Positions 23,601 through 38,600 of a stretch of DNA of 64,000 bases are shown here, piece after piece. This DNA comes from Thalia democratica (lineage: Eukaryota): the NCBI GenBank assembly GCA_965202585.1, contig OZ241826.1, positions 105,090,001 to 105,154,000 of the forward strand, in the 5' to 3' direction. Position 1 is the stretch's first letter; every line of letters begins with the position of its first letter. The position numbers were made by a program, and so were the translations under genes. Under the pieces are notes generated by a model. That model had not been told where the DNA came from, made no database searches, and worked only from the letters and a program-made list of their open reading frames with translations.

Positions 23601-26600
23601 TTTACTTGCGGCCTATAAACGTGCTTTATATTAATTTGATTTATTTTTTTGTTTAAAAAATATTATTTCTAAACCAACTTTTGTGATTAGAAACTTGATT
23701 TCAATCCGATAATTTATTTTAAACTTACAGAAAAAACAAATTTAGTACTGAGTAAAATTCAAACATACATTTTCCTCTTTATTTTCATAACATGTATAGA
23801 GTACTTGAAGCTTTGTGTAGGTATAAATAGCTCGAATTTTTTCGGTCAATATTTTTGATTTTTTACCAAAATTGCATCGGATTAAGTTGTTGTTGAAATA
23901 CCACTAAACATGCATAAATTTAACTTAAAATACTTTGCAAATATGAAATTGTAAATGCCAGTAAGATTACTGTAAATAACCTTTTTATCAAAAATGGTTA
24001 CTTTTAGTATGTTATCAACAGTGTTATTATTAAAGTTGTACTAAACTTTTTTACTTCAAAACAATCGAAAAAAAAAAGAAAAAATGTTGCAAATAATTAA
24101 TATTTAATTATTAAATAACATTTGTTAATTAAATTGTTCCAATAATTTCAATCATGAGAACAATATGATTTTTATAAAACTTATTTGTCATTTACACTTA
24201 GTTATCATTAAAATTTTTTTAGGTCAAAATTGTCTATAAAATAAAGCATGTTGTGTTGAAATTTATACAGTTGTGTATTGCATTTATGTATTCTTGAAAT
24301 ATTTTATTGATTTAATAACTTGATGAAAAAACTAATAACAAAAACATTGTTCATTTTATCAGAAATCACTTTATTTTAAACTCAATTATCTACATTTGCT
24401 TTGTTCAGTGATTAGTGGTATCATTTGAACAACTTTTAAGTTATTTATTATGTTTTAAGTTATTAATTATGTTATGTTGTAACTTTATACTTTTGTGTGT
24501 TTCATTAATTTGCTTTAATTTTTTTTTTTCATAAGCTATAAGCATTTAACTATTGTACTTTGATTTTTTTTATTAGTTTCGTGTATTAAAACGGCATAAA
24601 AAGTATTTTTTTAAGGGTTTTTAAATATAATATTTTTAATTTAAGTTTAAACTTCCGTAAACAATAACAATAAAAGTTTAATACACCACAAAATAAAAGT
24701 TAAAAAGAATAACATTTTATACCAATTGTGTAGTTTATGAATTTATTTCAATTTTATTTTTTATTAAGTTTTTTTCGTAACTGGTTTCAGTTTGATTTGC
24801 TAAAAGTTATTTTAACACAAAAGTATTAAGAAAACTGTTCTTTAAAATATATGCTACTTTTAAACCTAATTATGTAAGCTCATAAAAAGACTGAAATACC
24901 AGAAAAAAATTATTTTAAAACATTACATCATTACACACTCGAATATACTTGAACTCTCTTGAATGTTTGTGAACATTTTCACGCTGAATTATTAAAAAAA
25001 AACTTAAAAGAAATTATGATAAGTTGAAATAAATTATAAAAAATAACTTTCAAGCAAGTTGTAATTTGTAAACTTTCAACGTAATTAACCGTATCTGCAC
25101 TAATGGCTTAATTAGCCTTTAGAAACTATTCAAAATTGATTTATTAAAAAATTATAAAAATTTGTTTTAGTTGCAGATATTTTTTACTTGATCTCTTTTG
25201 CAAAAACCAGAAGTCTCTGCATTCAAAATTGATATTTCATGGAAATTTGTCCATAGCTTTTTGTGGTTTTTAAAATATTTTTGAGTTCTTCCTTAGTATA
25301 TGTTCTTTTAGTTAATTGAAATTTTAGATCCTACAGTTTCTAGTTAACGTTTAAATTTTATGATTAGAAAAAAATGTTTTTGTTATTAAGTTATCAATTA
25401 TAAAACATAAAAATAATGTTATTATCACTTCATATATTTATTCAACTTGATGTTTTTGTAAAACATTATTCATAAACTAGTTTACCATGTGTTATTAATT
25501 TTATTTAACTAAGTTTATTAAAAAACAAATATCAATAACAAATATGGTTTGAATTACTTTTAAAACAAGCAAAATTTTTAAAAAACTCATTTCGAAACGC
25601 TAGTAAGTAGTTAAATGCTATCAAAACTCCTTAAATTAAAACTGGAATGTCTAAAATTATCTATAATTAACTCATAATTAATAAGTAATATTGCTAAAAA
25701 ATTGTTGTCAAGTAAACCTGTTTTATATTTGTAATGCAAAACACTGATGAACTCACTTTTGAGACGCTAGTAAGTGTATAAGTGCTTCAGCAAAATTTCA
25801 GTACCAAATAATTTATATCCTGGCGAGTAACCTCAAGCCTGACTAATGACAGAATAATTTCAGAGCTCTCGAATTTAAAATACAAAAATGCAGTTTAATA
25901 TAAACATCTTATAGCCAATTAAAAAATGTTCCTGCACTTTCACTGAAAAATCTGTGAACTCAGTTATAGACGCTAGTAAGCATTTAGTTGAAAATTTTCA
26001 GCACTTTAAATCTCTTCTGGCAAAATACCTCAAGCCTGACTAATGGCAGAATAATTTCAGAGCAAAATCGAAGTTTGCAGATTGCAGCACGCATATTTGA
26101 TTGCAGCAGCTTTTTGCAGTCGAAAATTTATTGTGCCATCGGTGATGTCTGGTGGGAAAAAGTCTGATTATTTTGTTTACGTTTTATTTCACTCCCCCGT
26201 TAGTAAAAACAAAAGCAGCTAGTTTTGTTATTATTACAAAAAAGTGTTTTTTAGTTAAGGAAGGTATATTTGTTTAGTTTAGTGAATCTTAAACATTTGT
26301 CCCATTATTATAACGAAAATTATTTATTTACGATTGCTTTCGTTTTTAAATTTGTTTTTCATCTTAACATGTTTTCAAACAGTCTTAGAATTTAGTATAA
26401 AAAAGGGGTTGTTTAAATTAGATTTAAATAACAGCAGCTGTTATTGTTTATGTTTGTTGCTGGTTTTATTTATAATGAAAACATATGTAATGGTTACAAA
26501 CAATGCTTTTGTTCAGCTACTGAATTACATCAATTAATGATTTTTTTCAAACTAATACTCTATTAAATTTTATTTTTCACTCACTCCCCTTATTAATTTC

Positions 26601-29600
26601 CCTTACCTCTGGTATCCAAATAGATAAGCTAGTTAAAGTCTTATTATTATTATCAGAAGAAAGTTTCTCTATTCTTACAAGCAAGAAAAAACACATAAAA
26701 TACGCTTTTAATGATGTTGTTCAAATTACGTTTTTCTGTTTGTATATATATTTTTCTTTTTCTTCTTTACTTGATTATTATCTACCAGAGTACACTCTCT
26801 TTTATGAAACTTTCTAACAAACAAAAGTATACTTTTTTGTAAAGTAATTTAACTTACTATGTCTATACCTTTGTAGGTTATAGGACAAAAACTTTAGTTT
26901 CTTTTTCGGTAACAAAAAGAGGTTTTTTTAACAAAAAAGTTATCTAAGTCTACTATTTAAACTAAAACATATATATTTCCCACAGAAATAATATAGGTGT
27001 GCTTTGTTAATATATTTTTAAGTACACTGTCTGTTAATCACTGTAGTATATTACAAAAAGGTATGGTTGTTCAAGTTTATAAATAAATTTGTTAGCAAAC
27101 AGTCTTAATTTAAATATGTTTTCTTTTTTGGATATCTAGCTGCAGTTTATATGTTTGGTGTGTAAATAAATGAATATTTTCTTTTTGTTTTTAGTCTTTC
27201 TTGTGTATAAGTTCCAGATCTATATTATTTATTTTTTTGTTGCAAATAGTTTTGCAAAAAAACATTTTGTATTAAAGTAATTTGTTTTATACTATTTTTA
27301 GGCATTAAAAAACAATCAAAAATGAAATAGTCTGTTATTGGTATTTTTTGGCCTTGCATTTTCAATTTTAAAACTATACCTTGTATAGTACGTCACTGAA
27401 AAAGTTTTTAGACTTCCCTAAAAGAACTATCTTAATTAATGCATTTAATTCACAAGAAATGAGTGTAAAATAAAGTTTTTGTAATTAGCTTGTTCTTTAT
27501 AACTCTTCCGATGTAACGAGCATAATGATTTAAATTTAAATATTTTTGTTAGTTTTTGGTTTTATTTCTTTTTTCTTTGAAATAAAAAAAAAATTAACTG
27601 TATCGTATAGCTACGTCAATATTAAAAATAAAATATTTTTATTTTCTCTAAATTATCTTTAAGCTTTAAATTTAATATGAAATTGATTGTTTTATATCAA
27701 ATTGAAATTGCAGCTGATAGCTTGTTTCTGCGTTTATCAAAAACATTTTCGTTTGAAATTAAATTTCAACGACAGCTCTATCTGTTACTTAAGTAAAATT
27801 AATGACGGCATCTAATTTGATGTTTAAAAATTCTTTTAATACATTTATCAAAATTTAAAATGTCTTGTTCTTTATTCTAAAGACGCGTCTATTATTTCTG
27901 TTTTTTTACTTTTTTTTTTATTTACATCATTTTTTTCAGTAAAAAGATGTTTTTGATAAATTATTTATTTGTTTCCGGACATAAGTTGTGGTAAGTAAAT
28001 TTATTTCTCGTAAAACAAAAAAAAAATCCAGTAATTTAATAAAGTCTGTTGTTCAGTTGCAGCTGTTAAAATGTTTATTAAATTCTTTTTAAAATAATTT
28101 TCTAAAAATGTTTATTTAATTATTTTATAAAATACTTTGGTGAAAATTCTCATTTAACCTTTTCCAATCCAATATATAGTAAAATCGTTTCAATAGTTTA
28201 GTTTTAATAATATTTTGCCAAGATTAAAAGTATGCTATATATATATAAATTCTTCGAAAAAAAAGTGTTTTAATTACCAATGGTCAAAAATGTTATTACA
28301 TCTTTAACACATATTTGGCTTTTATTTGCCGATATTGTTTAGGTTTAAAGAAGTTTGCCAATCAAAACTTCAATCGCCTAATGGTTTACTGTAAAAACAA
28401 AATAAAATAATAATGACTATTTCAATCAAAAAATTACAAACAAAACAACCAATTAAATAAACAACTGTCAGTATTAAACAAGTATATTAGATTTTAGATG
28501 AAAATCAAGTAATACTATTAGCATATAAGGTTTTTGATGCAAATCACCAATAAAACGTTCAATCACTCAGATGTATTGCCGGTGAACAAGTGAATTGTGA
28601 AAACTTTTTCCGTCATGCATGGTTGCAAACTGTTGTTACGTCATAAAACTTTCTGTGTTCTCACAAATGTTTTTTGTTTCAAATTTTTTCTCTGCGTCCT
28701 TATAAGGAGCTGAGTGGTTTGACCAAAGAAAAATTTTGTTATTGATAATAACAACTCTGTTAAAATAATTTGTGTGTTTTGTATCACTTTGTTTATTGTC
28801 TTTTTTACACAATGTGTTTAGCCTTATAAGGTTCTCTTTCTTGCTTGTTTGTTATTTCTGCACTCATGTAAAATGATCTATGCTGTTTATGCTCATATTT
28901 ACTTATATTTTTATGCCAGTCTTTTGATATTGGTAATATGATTGACATTTTAATTATAAAAATAATTATCTTAATCTTCTGAGTTCCTTCTAAATAATCC
29001 TCAATAAACTGGTCTTATTTAAGAGACTTATCACACATTATTGACCAGTAATTTCACTGGATTATCTGCAGCTTAGAGAGGATTAAACTTTACGACGATT
29101 AGAGGGGATTCTTTTGATCTTATTGCAGAAAGTTATAATTTAATACAAGTCTTAATTCTAGATGCATATTCTCCTCAATCAAAAAACGTCAATTTATTAC
29201 TTCAAGTTATGAAACCAATCTTATACTCTTGGTATGCTGCGAAAATTTTGCTTAACTTGAAACTTGCTTAAAAAATTTGCCTGTATCAGTGTCAGCATAA
29301 GAACTGAGGAAGTTGTAATGTAAAAATTGTTGCACAGAAAAAATTAGCTTTAAAGCACTCAATTCACGAACTCAAGCTATATTATACACTCAAAACCACA
29401 AGTGTCAAGTTGAAACCGCAATTGAAATTTTGCCTGCAATTCGGTTATGGCATGTACCTAAATTGACTGCCAAAACTCGCAATGTAATAAATCTAAATTA
29501 ACTGCAAACTTTAGTTTGATGTAACTAGTTGGAATTTTAATGGGTCGTTTAACAGCAGGCCACTTCAAAGAATACTTTTACTTTTTCCAAAATGTAAATC

Positions 29601-32600
29601 ATGTTGATAACCAAAGTGTTTGACAAAACTTATTTTGCATTTTTAATTTTTTTACATGCATGTAGACTGTGAGAAACAGAAGTCGAACACATTAACTGCC
29701 AATTAAATAAGTTGCATTAACAAGCACACGTAACTTAACACTGAAGGCTGATATTCTTACTTCTGAAAACTGACGGCTTGTCAGTAACGTAATCTGTTAT
29801 TTTTCAACACTCTACAACAAATGCACTAACATTAAAAACATAAAATTTGTACATTTAAATACGAAATTAAACTTACAAAACGTTTTAAATAAAACACTAC
29901 ATCTGCTAGTCAAAAGCCCTGGCCAGTTATTTGATGCTCGAAACTAAACTCTTGCTTCAGAAAAATGACAAGTTAAGTATTTTTAAGCTACACTTTTTAA
30001 TAAATGCAAAAACAACTAAATTTGTTATTCAAGTATTATTAATGTTATTAAACATTAAAAGTATCGCTGGTACTTCTGCTATTGTCAGTCTTGAGCCAGT
30101 AATTTGATACCAAGATAAATCTTCCTATTTCAGAAAAGTGACATGCTCGTCAGTAACGTAACAAAACTTTCAACAAAATCTTCATGCTCTGTTGGTTTTG
30201 TTAACTCGTCGCGCTTGAATAAACATATTGACAAGTTGTTGTTTATTAGAAAACTTGTTGAAAATTTCGTGGTTTGTACACAATAGATGAATGTTTTTTG
30301 TGCAAATAAGGTCTACTTATTGTGTACAGAAAAATAATATAAAAGAATATGATTTAGTTTTAAAACAGAATATGAATTTAGAATTAATGAATAGAATTAG
30401 AATGAATTTAGAATATGATTTAGGTTTGTTTTTAAAAGCGTTTCTGCTTGTTTTGATTTTCGTATGTTATAAAATGTAAATGTTAAATATTGGCACTATA
30501 TATATAATATCATACAATGAGTATAAGTTGTTATTCAAATAAAGTGTTTTCTGTATATCTTTTAGTCTTTTTTTATTTTACAATAATTGGATAAAAGTAT
30601 GAAATAAAATACATTGATATTTGATTGGCTTAATATTTGTTTCTAAAATAGGTGTGAGAATGTTTCGAGTTCAATTAATCTTACTATGTTAAGTGTAAGA
30701 GACAGTTTTGTCATACCAGATAAATACTTAAGATAAAATTTTTATTATTATAAGTTTGATTGATAAATTGAATAGTGTTTTTTTATTAGTTTTACCTAAA
30801 AACTGTTTAAAAAATCTATTTGTTTCAAATTCACAGATGAGTATGTATTTATAAAGGTTTAATAATTTTGATAGTATATTAGAATCTAGAAAAAATATTT
30901 TGAATGATGGAAAATATGATGATGAAAAATAAAATATTCTGTATACAGTTTAGTAGTTTTGATATCTATCTAGCTGTTATTAAATAAAACATCGTTCATT
31001 TTAAATTTGTTTGTGATAAGTCCTAAGATAAAAGCATAATGTTTATTTGTAGATGGCTGAATAATTAAAAAGGTGCTGTCAGGCAAAACATATTTATTGG
31101 TAAATATCATCACCCGGTTGAAATATAATATTTTATTTAAGTATATTTATTTCTACCAATTAAATATTAATAACGGTCGGCATTTATCTTAATGAAATCA
31201 GTAAAACTTCAAATTACTGAATCTTCTTATTTGGTCATTTTAAATCAACAAGCATGCTAACAATTAAAACTTGAACTATATTTGAACTATGTCAATACAT
31301 AAATAAAAACGAAGCTTTTCATTAAGTTTGTTTTTGTAAACATTAGAAGCTTGTGTGTTTAAGGTTTATCTGTTTTGAAACGTACCTTTGTTTGAAATTA
31401 GTTTATTGACCCTTGGATAGTTTGTAATCCTAATTAATCTCGATAAAATATAATAAACTTTTATATATAGGTAATATGCATAATAAATTTAAGTTTATTA
31501 CTAAGAGTACTACACACCTTTTTAACTTACCAGACAATATAAAATCCACTAATGATAAACTTCTGCATAATTCAATAAACATAAGAGATGTACTTTTAAA
31601 CTTCCTGACAATAAAATCACAAAAAAAGTTAAATTATAAACTTGTAAATATTTGTCTTAATAAAACTTAATAACCGTAGAAAAAACGTCCTCTTTAGTAA
31701 ATGTTAAATCAATACACACAGTACAGTTTAAAGTTTAAGCTTTATAACTCAGGTCAAATTTTTCAAAAAAATTAACTTTTGAAAAAAACTTCAAAACATG
31801 TTTTTTTTCTTTAACCTCATTTCAGTGTACATGTTTGTTATTCATTATTTTTCTCAAATACTGTCAGAAAGAAATATCAAAGTACGTTAATGAAGTCAAA
31901 AAAATTTTAACAAAAATTTAAATGGATACGGATATTTTTTATCTTAATAGAAAAACGTAAATAGTTCTCAAAAACAAACTTGTGTGAACTTTGTGCTCCG
32001 ATATATGAAAAAAAAAACTTGTTTTTTGTACGTACTAAAGTTTTGTCACGATTTTTATAGTTGTTTTAATTAATATATATGCAACGCATCAATGACAGTA
32101 AATTGTCGTTGTAAACATGAAAAAGAATGTTTTACATTCAAAATTGTGTACAACTTTACTTAAAAAAGTTGTTTTTTTTATGTAAGAAGCTTTTCATGCT
32201 CAATTTCAAGTTTTGCTCGCAGAAAAGTTTTTTTTTGAAATTAATACTTTTTTAATACGACTAAAATGTTGTGAAATTCTAATTTGTACCTTTGATCTTA
32301 ACTTTAGAAAATTTGGATTTCGGTCTCTTAGGTATTTCTGTCGTTTTGAAAACATCGATTTTTCTGTTTATATTAAACAATTAAAAAAAAAATTAAATTC
32401 GTGCCCAATGACTCTATTGATGGCATTTTGGTTTGATCATGAAAAAAAAACAACAACTATTCCGCCTATTTTAATTGCTTTCTGCAAATACTTATTGTAA
32501 GTTTTACAATTGCTGCGTGCATAATTACTTTGAAGTTACTGCATTCAATTAAATTAAACCATCAACGATTGACATAGTTCTGTCATATAGAGTTTTATTA

Positions 32601-35600
32601 GTAACAACTAGTGTTAAGGTTAATTGTAACTTTAGGCGTTATTTAATTTTTTTTTTCATAATTTTAACACTCTTGCAAACTACGTTATGCCATATTTAAG
32701 TATAAGTATAAATTGTAAGATCAGATATTATTTTTTACAATTTTTATCATAGTTTAAGCAATCTTTCAATGTCAATAACAATATGCTGTATTTAAGCAAA
32801 AAAATCCTAAAATTTAAAAGTTTTTTTTTGTATTTTCCTTTAATTTAAATCATTTGGCAGAATAGAATTCATTTGCAGATATTGTATTTTAATTAGTTGC
32901 TATTTTTTGCAACATTTAACCTAAATTTACTAACACCTAGTTCCCTTTTATTTCAGCCAGCTTTTATTATTTTCAGAAATATTTTTCTAACGAAAACGGT
33001 ACAACGAAAAAGGCTTATTACTTTTGTACATCATAAGACAATAAGTAACCATGAATATAAAAAACAGTTTTGCTTCCCTAAAGTTTCTTCCAATTTATTG
33101 ACCCTTTAATTTACAAACTGTACCACAATCTGAATTTGATAAATGAAAATTACTTATATCGCAATTTCGTAAAGTTTTATTACATTTACTCGCATTGGTT
33201 GAACGTTTACGGAGTTTACATAAAACTTAAAACAATTTAGTTTAAATCTAAATCACTTTGTTTACTTTGTAAAAAGTTTCTTTGGTGATGTTATGGTCAC
33301 ACGTTGTAAAAATTTTTCCTATGATTTGAAAGTCTTGAGTCTTAACAAAGATAACCGAAAAATATATTCTCAATATAAACACTAAAAATTAAAACTTGTT
33401 TTATGATAACTGTCAGAAGTTTAAATAAAAGTTGAATTTTATACAAGTTGAACTACTTTTTAAAATAACAACCGCAAAAATGTTGTGAATATAAATATTC
33501 AATCAGTACACATATTTGATCTTACTAACAAATCTTGTTCACTTACGACTGTCAAAAAAAGTTATTTAAGTTGTAATTTTATTGAACTTTGTTCTTAAAC
33601 ATAAAAAAATAGTTTTTCACAAAATAAAGTGTTTCATGATGACTTTTTAACTTTTTCATGCAAAATAAATACTTTTCATGTCGCTGTTTTTGTAACGTAA
33701 AAACATTTTTAGCATTAAAATGTAATTTTTGTACTTTAATTTACACTGTTGCTATTAATAGATCTTGTTCACTTAAAAAAAACATACTGAAAAATTTTAA
33801 ACTTCTTTTGAACTTTGTTTTTCAGTGTGCAAATATGTTGTTTTTGACAACTTGAACTTATTCATACAAGTATAAGTTTGTTTGACACACCAAGCCATTT
33901 GTAACGCAGAAAAATTCTTATAATATTGAAAAAGCATATTTTTGTTACTTAAACCTCAACTTATTTTTTAGAATATTTCAAGAAGTTTTTGTTGTCTACA
34001 AAACTTATTTTTTACGAACAATTTTGCAATTTGACACCAGTTTAAGGTCTTGTTAGATACAAAGAAATATGCACTCCTCTTTAAATCACTTTTAATTTAA
34101 ATGTGATTGTTTTTGTTCAGATTTTTGATATTTTTGTAAACCTCACTTGGCTTTAAATTAGTTCTGGTGGCTTAAAATTTTTATTAAATTTTACTTGTTT
34201 ATCAAATTTTTTTCTTTCGAAAACCAGTTTTTAAACTTTGCTTATTACTTGTGTCATAACAAATCTTTAGATCTCTTTGTAGTTCCACACACTTTTTTTG
34301 AAAATTTACAACTTTTGTTTTTAGACTAATCAAATTTATTTACTTTTTAAACCTCAGAGTAGTTCTGGTGGCTTTGGGCAAAAAAATTAATTAAATCCTT
34401 TTCTTCTGAAAACCTGTTTTTAAACTTTGTTTATTACTTGTGTCATAACAAATCTTTAGACCTCTTTGTAGTTCTTCACACTTTTTTTGAAAATTTAAAA
34501 CTTTTGTTGTATAATGAGGGCAAGATGATTGATTACTTTATGACGTCACATTGACCTTCCTGACCACCCTTCAAAATGAAAAATAATCCTAATAAGTTGC
34601 TGGAAATTAAAAAGAGTTTCGATTTCCTGTATAAGTTGATTGTTTTAATTTAGTTCGGCTAATTTAAACCGCAATCTCAATATGATGAATTATTATCTTG
34701 TTGTAAGGCTTGTTACATAAAGTTTTCAATTAAATATTGTGTTTTGTTAATTGAGGGTTGAAACCTATTAGTTCCTAATTAAACTTTGACATAAAAAATA
34801 CCATTTCTTTTATATTTAAATCCGTTTCATAAAGCCGTGATTTTTTTCTATGTTTGATTAGTTTAAAAATCATAAAACAGCTCAAGTATATCAAAGTTTT
34901 TGTATTTTTTCAAATTGCTTATTAAAATGGATCTTTTCAACCTAATACAGTATTTATTTTTTATATTATAATTTTAAACATCCTAGAAACAAAATAACTC
35001 TATAAAACACCAAAAGAAATAAAAACTTTGAAATAAATACTTAGTTTTTCCTTAAAGTACCAAATATACCACACTGACAATTATATATTTTCACTCTTTT
35101 CAAAATCCTGTTATTATTTCTCGAAACTGAATGAGATTAAGTTCTTTTTTAAAGCGGATTACTTGAAAGTTCTAAGAAGTTAATCTTGTTTCGAGTATCC
35201 AGTTATGAGTTGATAGTTTTTGTTGGTTGAAATAACATACTTAAGTATATCTGGTTACTATGAGTGTTGAGTTTACGATGTTATGGTGTAATAATATTAA
35301 ATATTTCAAACAAAAATGTTTGTAATAAAACTCAAAGTGCACTGAAATCATTTTATCTTATTTTCATGCCGAAAATATTTGTAATAAAAACAACCAAAGC
35401 ATATTATTCTATATCCGTGTAATTTGATTAAGTATTTATAAAAAATATATCTTTGAAACGAAAATAGCTTTGTTATATCACACCAAACTTACTGAGTTAT
35501 TTTAAACTGAGTTTATTATACTTATAAATGAAAGTTTATTTTTTTATTAATTCTTCTTAAAATAAAATATAACCTCAGTTGTTTTTGTTTATGTTTTTCT

Positions 35601-38600
35601 CAGAAGCTATAAACATCATACAACACTTATCCGGTTTCACAGTATTGGTTTTATTTTGGTAATATTACATATATTCCAATTGTTTTAGTTTACCTAAACT
35701 GACTTATAACTAATTAGAATTTGAATGTCTACTGTGAATCTATAATGTGTACGTAGGTAATGAAGTTTAATTAATATAAACATAATTTTTTTATTAAATA
35801 TTTTACACAAAGCTAAGTAAAAACATCTAGCAATACTATGAGTTTAATGTATAACAATGAAAAAAACTAAATATAACAACTTAATTTTATACAGAACTCA
35901 ACAAAGACATAGTAGTCAGGATAGTATGAAGTACAAATCAAACACACAACAACCAAGTAGTACAAATGTTAAGAAGCAGCCAGTTGTTCAAGAACCAGTT
36001 AAATACGAACCTCCAGTAGTTAAACAATTGCCCAAAGTTCCTCAACTTACAGTGGATGTTAACAAGGTTTGTTTTATTATTTTGTATTTATTGTTTATTA
36101 ATATGTAGTTAAACAACTGCCTAAAGTTCCCCAGCTTACAGTGGATGTTAACAAGGTTTGTTTGTTTTATTACTTATTACTATTTATTATCTTGTTAAAC
36201 AATCGCCTAAAGTTCCTCAATTAAATGTAGATGTTAATAAGGTTTGTGTGTTTTAATATTTATTTATTATTTTTTTATATATTGTTATTGTTTATTATTG
36301 TTAAACAATTGCCTAAAGTTTTAAAACTCACAGTTGATGTTAATAAGATTTATTTGTGATTATTATAATGTTTTTTTATTTCATAACTTCCTTATAGTAA
36401 TACATATTATAAAAATGACAAGCTATATTATCACACATATATATGTATATATAAGCATAAAAGTATAAATATAAATATAAAACAGCTGTCTAAACTATTG
36501 TTTTCACATAATTAGATAAATATATATGTATATATTTATATTCAGTAAACTTATTTTCACCTATCAAGTTTATTTGAGACGACACTGTTACCATAAAATC
36601 TGGTTTGTGTCTTATATATTTGATAAGGTTTCACTTATTTGAATTAGCTTTTTATTCCACTCAACAGACGGGAAGACTGTCATCGAAAGAACTGCAAACA
36701 GCAATATCTGAGTGGGAAGTTGTTAAGAAATATCAACCTCATTATAATTCAGATGATGAAAATTTCAATTTGGAACCATCGAGTCCCATACTGAAATCAC
36801 CTTGCGCTGAGAGGGAGATATTGAAAACTGTGAGTTTGAGTAGAATTAAATGATATTTTTATTTTAAATATAGTCCTATATTGAAATCACCTTGAGCTGA
36901 GACGGAAATATTGAAAAATCTTAGGTTTTAGTTTAAAAAAAAGTGAAATTGTTCACTTATTTGATGTTTGTGATGAGTAAATTTTTTTTATATTTCAGGT
37001 TTTTTGTAGCAACGTTAAAATGAACTTTTTAAACCAAAAAAACTGTTTTATCTTAAGCCATTCATGTTGAAATACAAATACGTTAGCTGTTTACATAGTT
37101 TATAACTAACTTTAATGAATTAGTTGAAAAAAATATTTATTTGGTTGTAAATAACTTAATTGATTTAAACTTAATTTTTTCTTGACCACAAACTGCATAC
37201 TTTACCGCACAAAACTCAAAAGAAAAAAAAAGCTTAACATAATTCAATTATGTTGATAGGTTGACATTTTAACTTTTAAGTTAGCTATAATATTACCAAC
37301 TTTGAAAAATTGAAACAAGTATTTTCGCGGTCAAAACTACTGCCTTAGATGCATAAATTTCCCATGCATTAAAATAGTAAATAAATAATAATGCTGCCAA
37401 AAATTAAGTTAAAAAGGGTTTGGTTATGAGGACTAGATGGTACATCAAAGTTAAAATAATGATACAGTTGTTTGATCTTTTAGTATTTGTATTTACCTAA
37501 TTCGGATTATACCAATAAGTACAACAATTAGTAATTAGTATTTTTTAGTAAAAAATTTAAAATTATCAAAGAAGGATCGAATAAGGCAATTCTATTAAGG
37601 TTTTCTTTTGCTCCCAAAGCTTAGATTAATTAGAAATTAAGTTTGCCTTAATTTCGAACAATATCTCTTATTAATTTTTTTGATTATTTTTATCATTTTT
37701 TTTTTTTCATTTTCAAAAATTAAATTATTTGAGGATTGTTGTTAAAAAGTCACAAAACACATTTTGAACAAAGATACTTTGTCTAATGTTTTTATTTTAA
37801 TATTTCTATAATTTTATTCTAACAAAGTTCATTAAAGATTACAATATTCTTATTGTTTAAATGCTATTCAAGACGTTTTTTGCCACAAGTTTTTGTTTTT
37901 AAAACAAATTAAATAAAGATGAAAATTTGCAAGCGAATATAATTTTATGTGCTTGTCAATTTTTAAATTTGAATGTTTGACCGCAGAAATCATGTTCCAA
38001 TTTCATATAGTTTCCTGTCATATATAAAAAATCAAACTTTTAAAACATATTTAAAAATGTTGTTATGATCCAAAATATCGCAGTTAAAAAGTATTTAAAA
38101 ACTCAAAAGTTTATGGTTTTGCATTTTAAAGTTTTTGACTTAAAACAGTAAGAACTAAAAGCATACGATTTAGTCTGCATTTTTTCAAAATTAGGAACTA
38201 ACTCTTATGCAGTTTAAAGTCTTATGCTTCAAAAACCACAGAACGAGATTGAAATCACGAAAGTTTGGTTTTTAACACATCTGTTCTTAGAAATAACAGA
38301 CGAAGTTCTCTCAAAAAATTCGTATTTACGTTTTAAACAAAATTACCACAAGTCTTCTTGTCATATGTTGACACCAAATAATTCCCTGTGTAAACTGCTT
38401 TTTAAACATTTTTCAATTATATTTATCTTGTGCTTAAACATCACAAGACTCTTTACGAAGCTCGTGATGTAAACTACTGTTATTTTGGTTTTCAGTAACA
38501 GTCTCCAAAAATAGATTTATAAGTAATTTAAATTGAAGTCTTGTGCTTTTAAGACCACAAACTAATGCAAAAGTCCCTAAAAAAACATGCAAAATTTAAT

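Noticed and set aside
25745-25842. TGATGA..CTGA C/D snoRNA candidate
   Set aside because: Box C is missing in the sister copy, with no terminal stem and no identifiable target.
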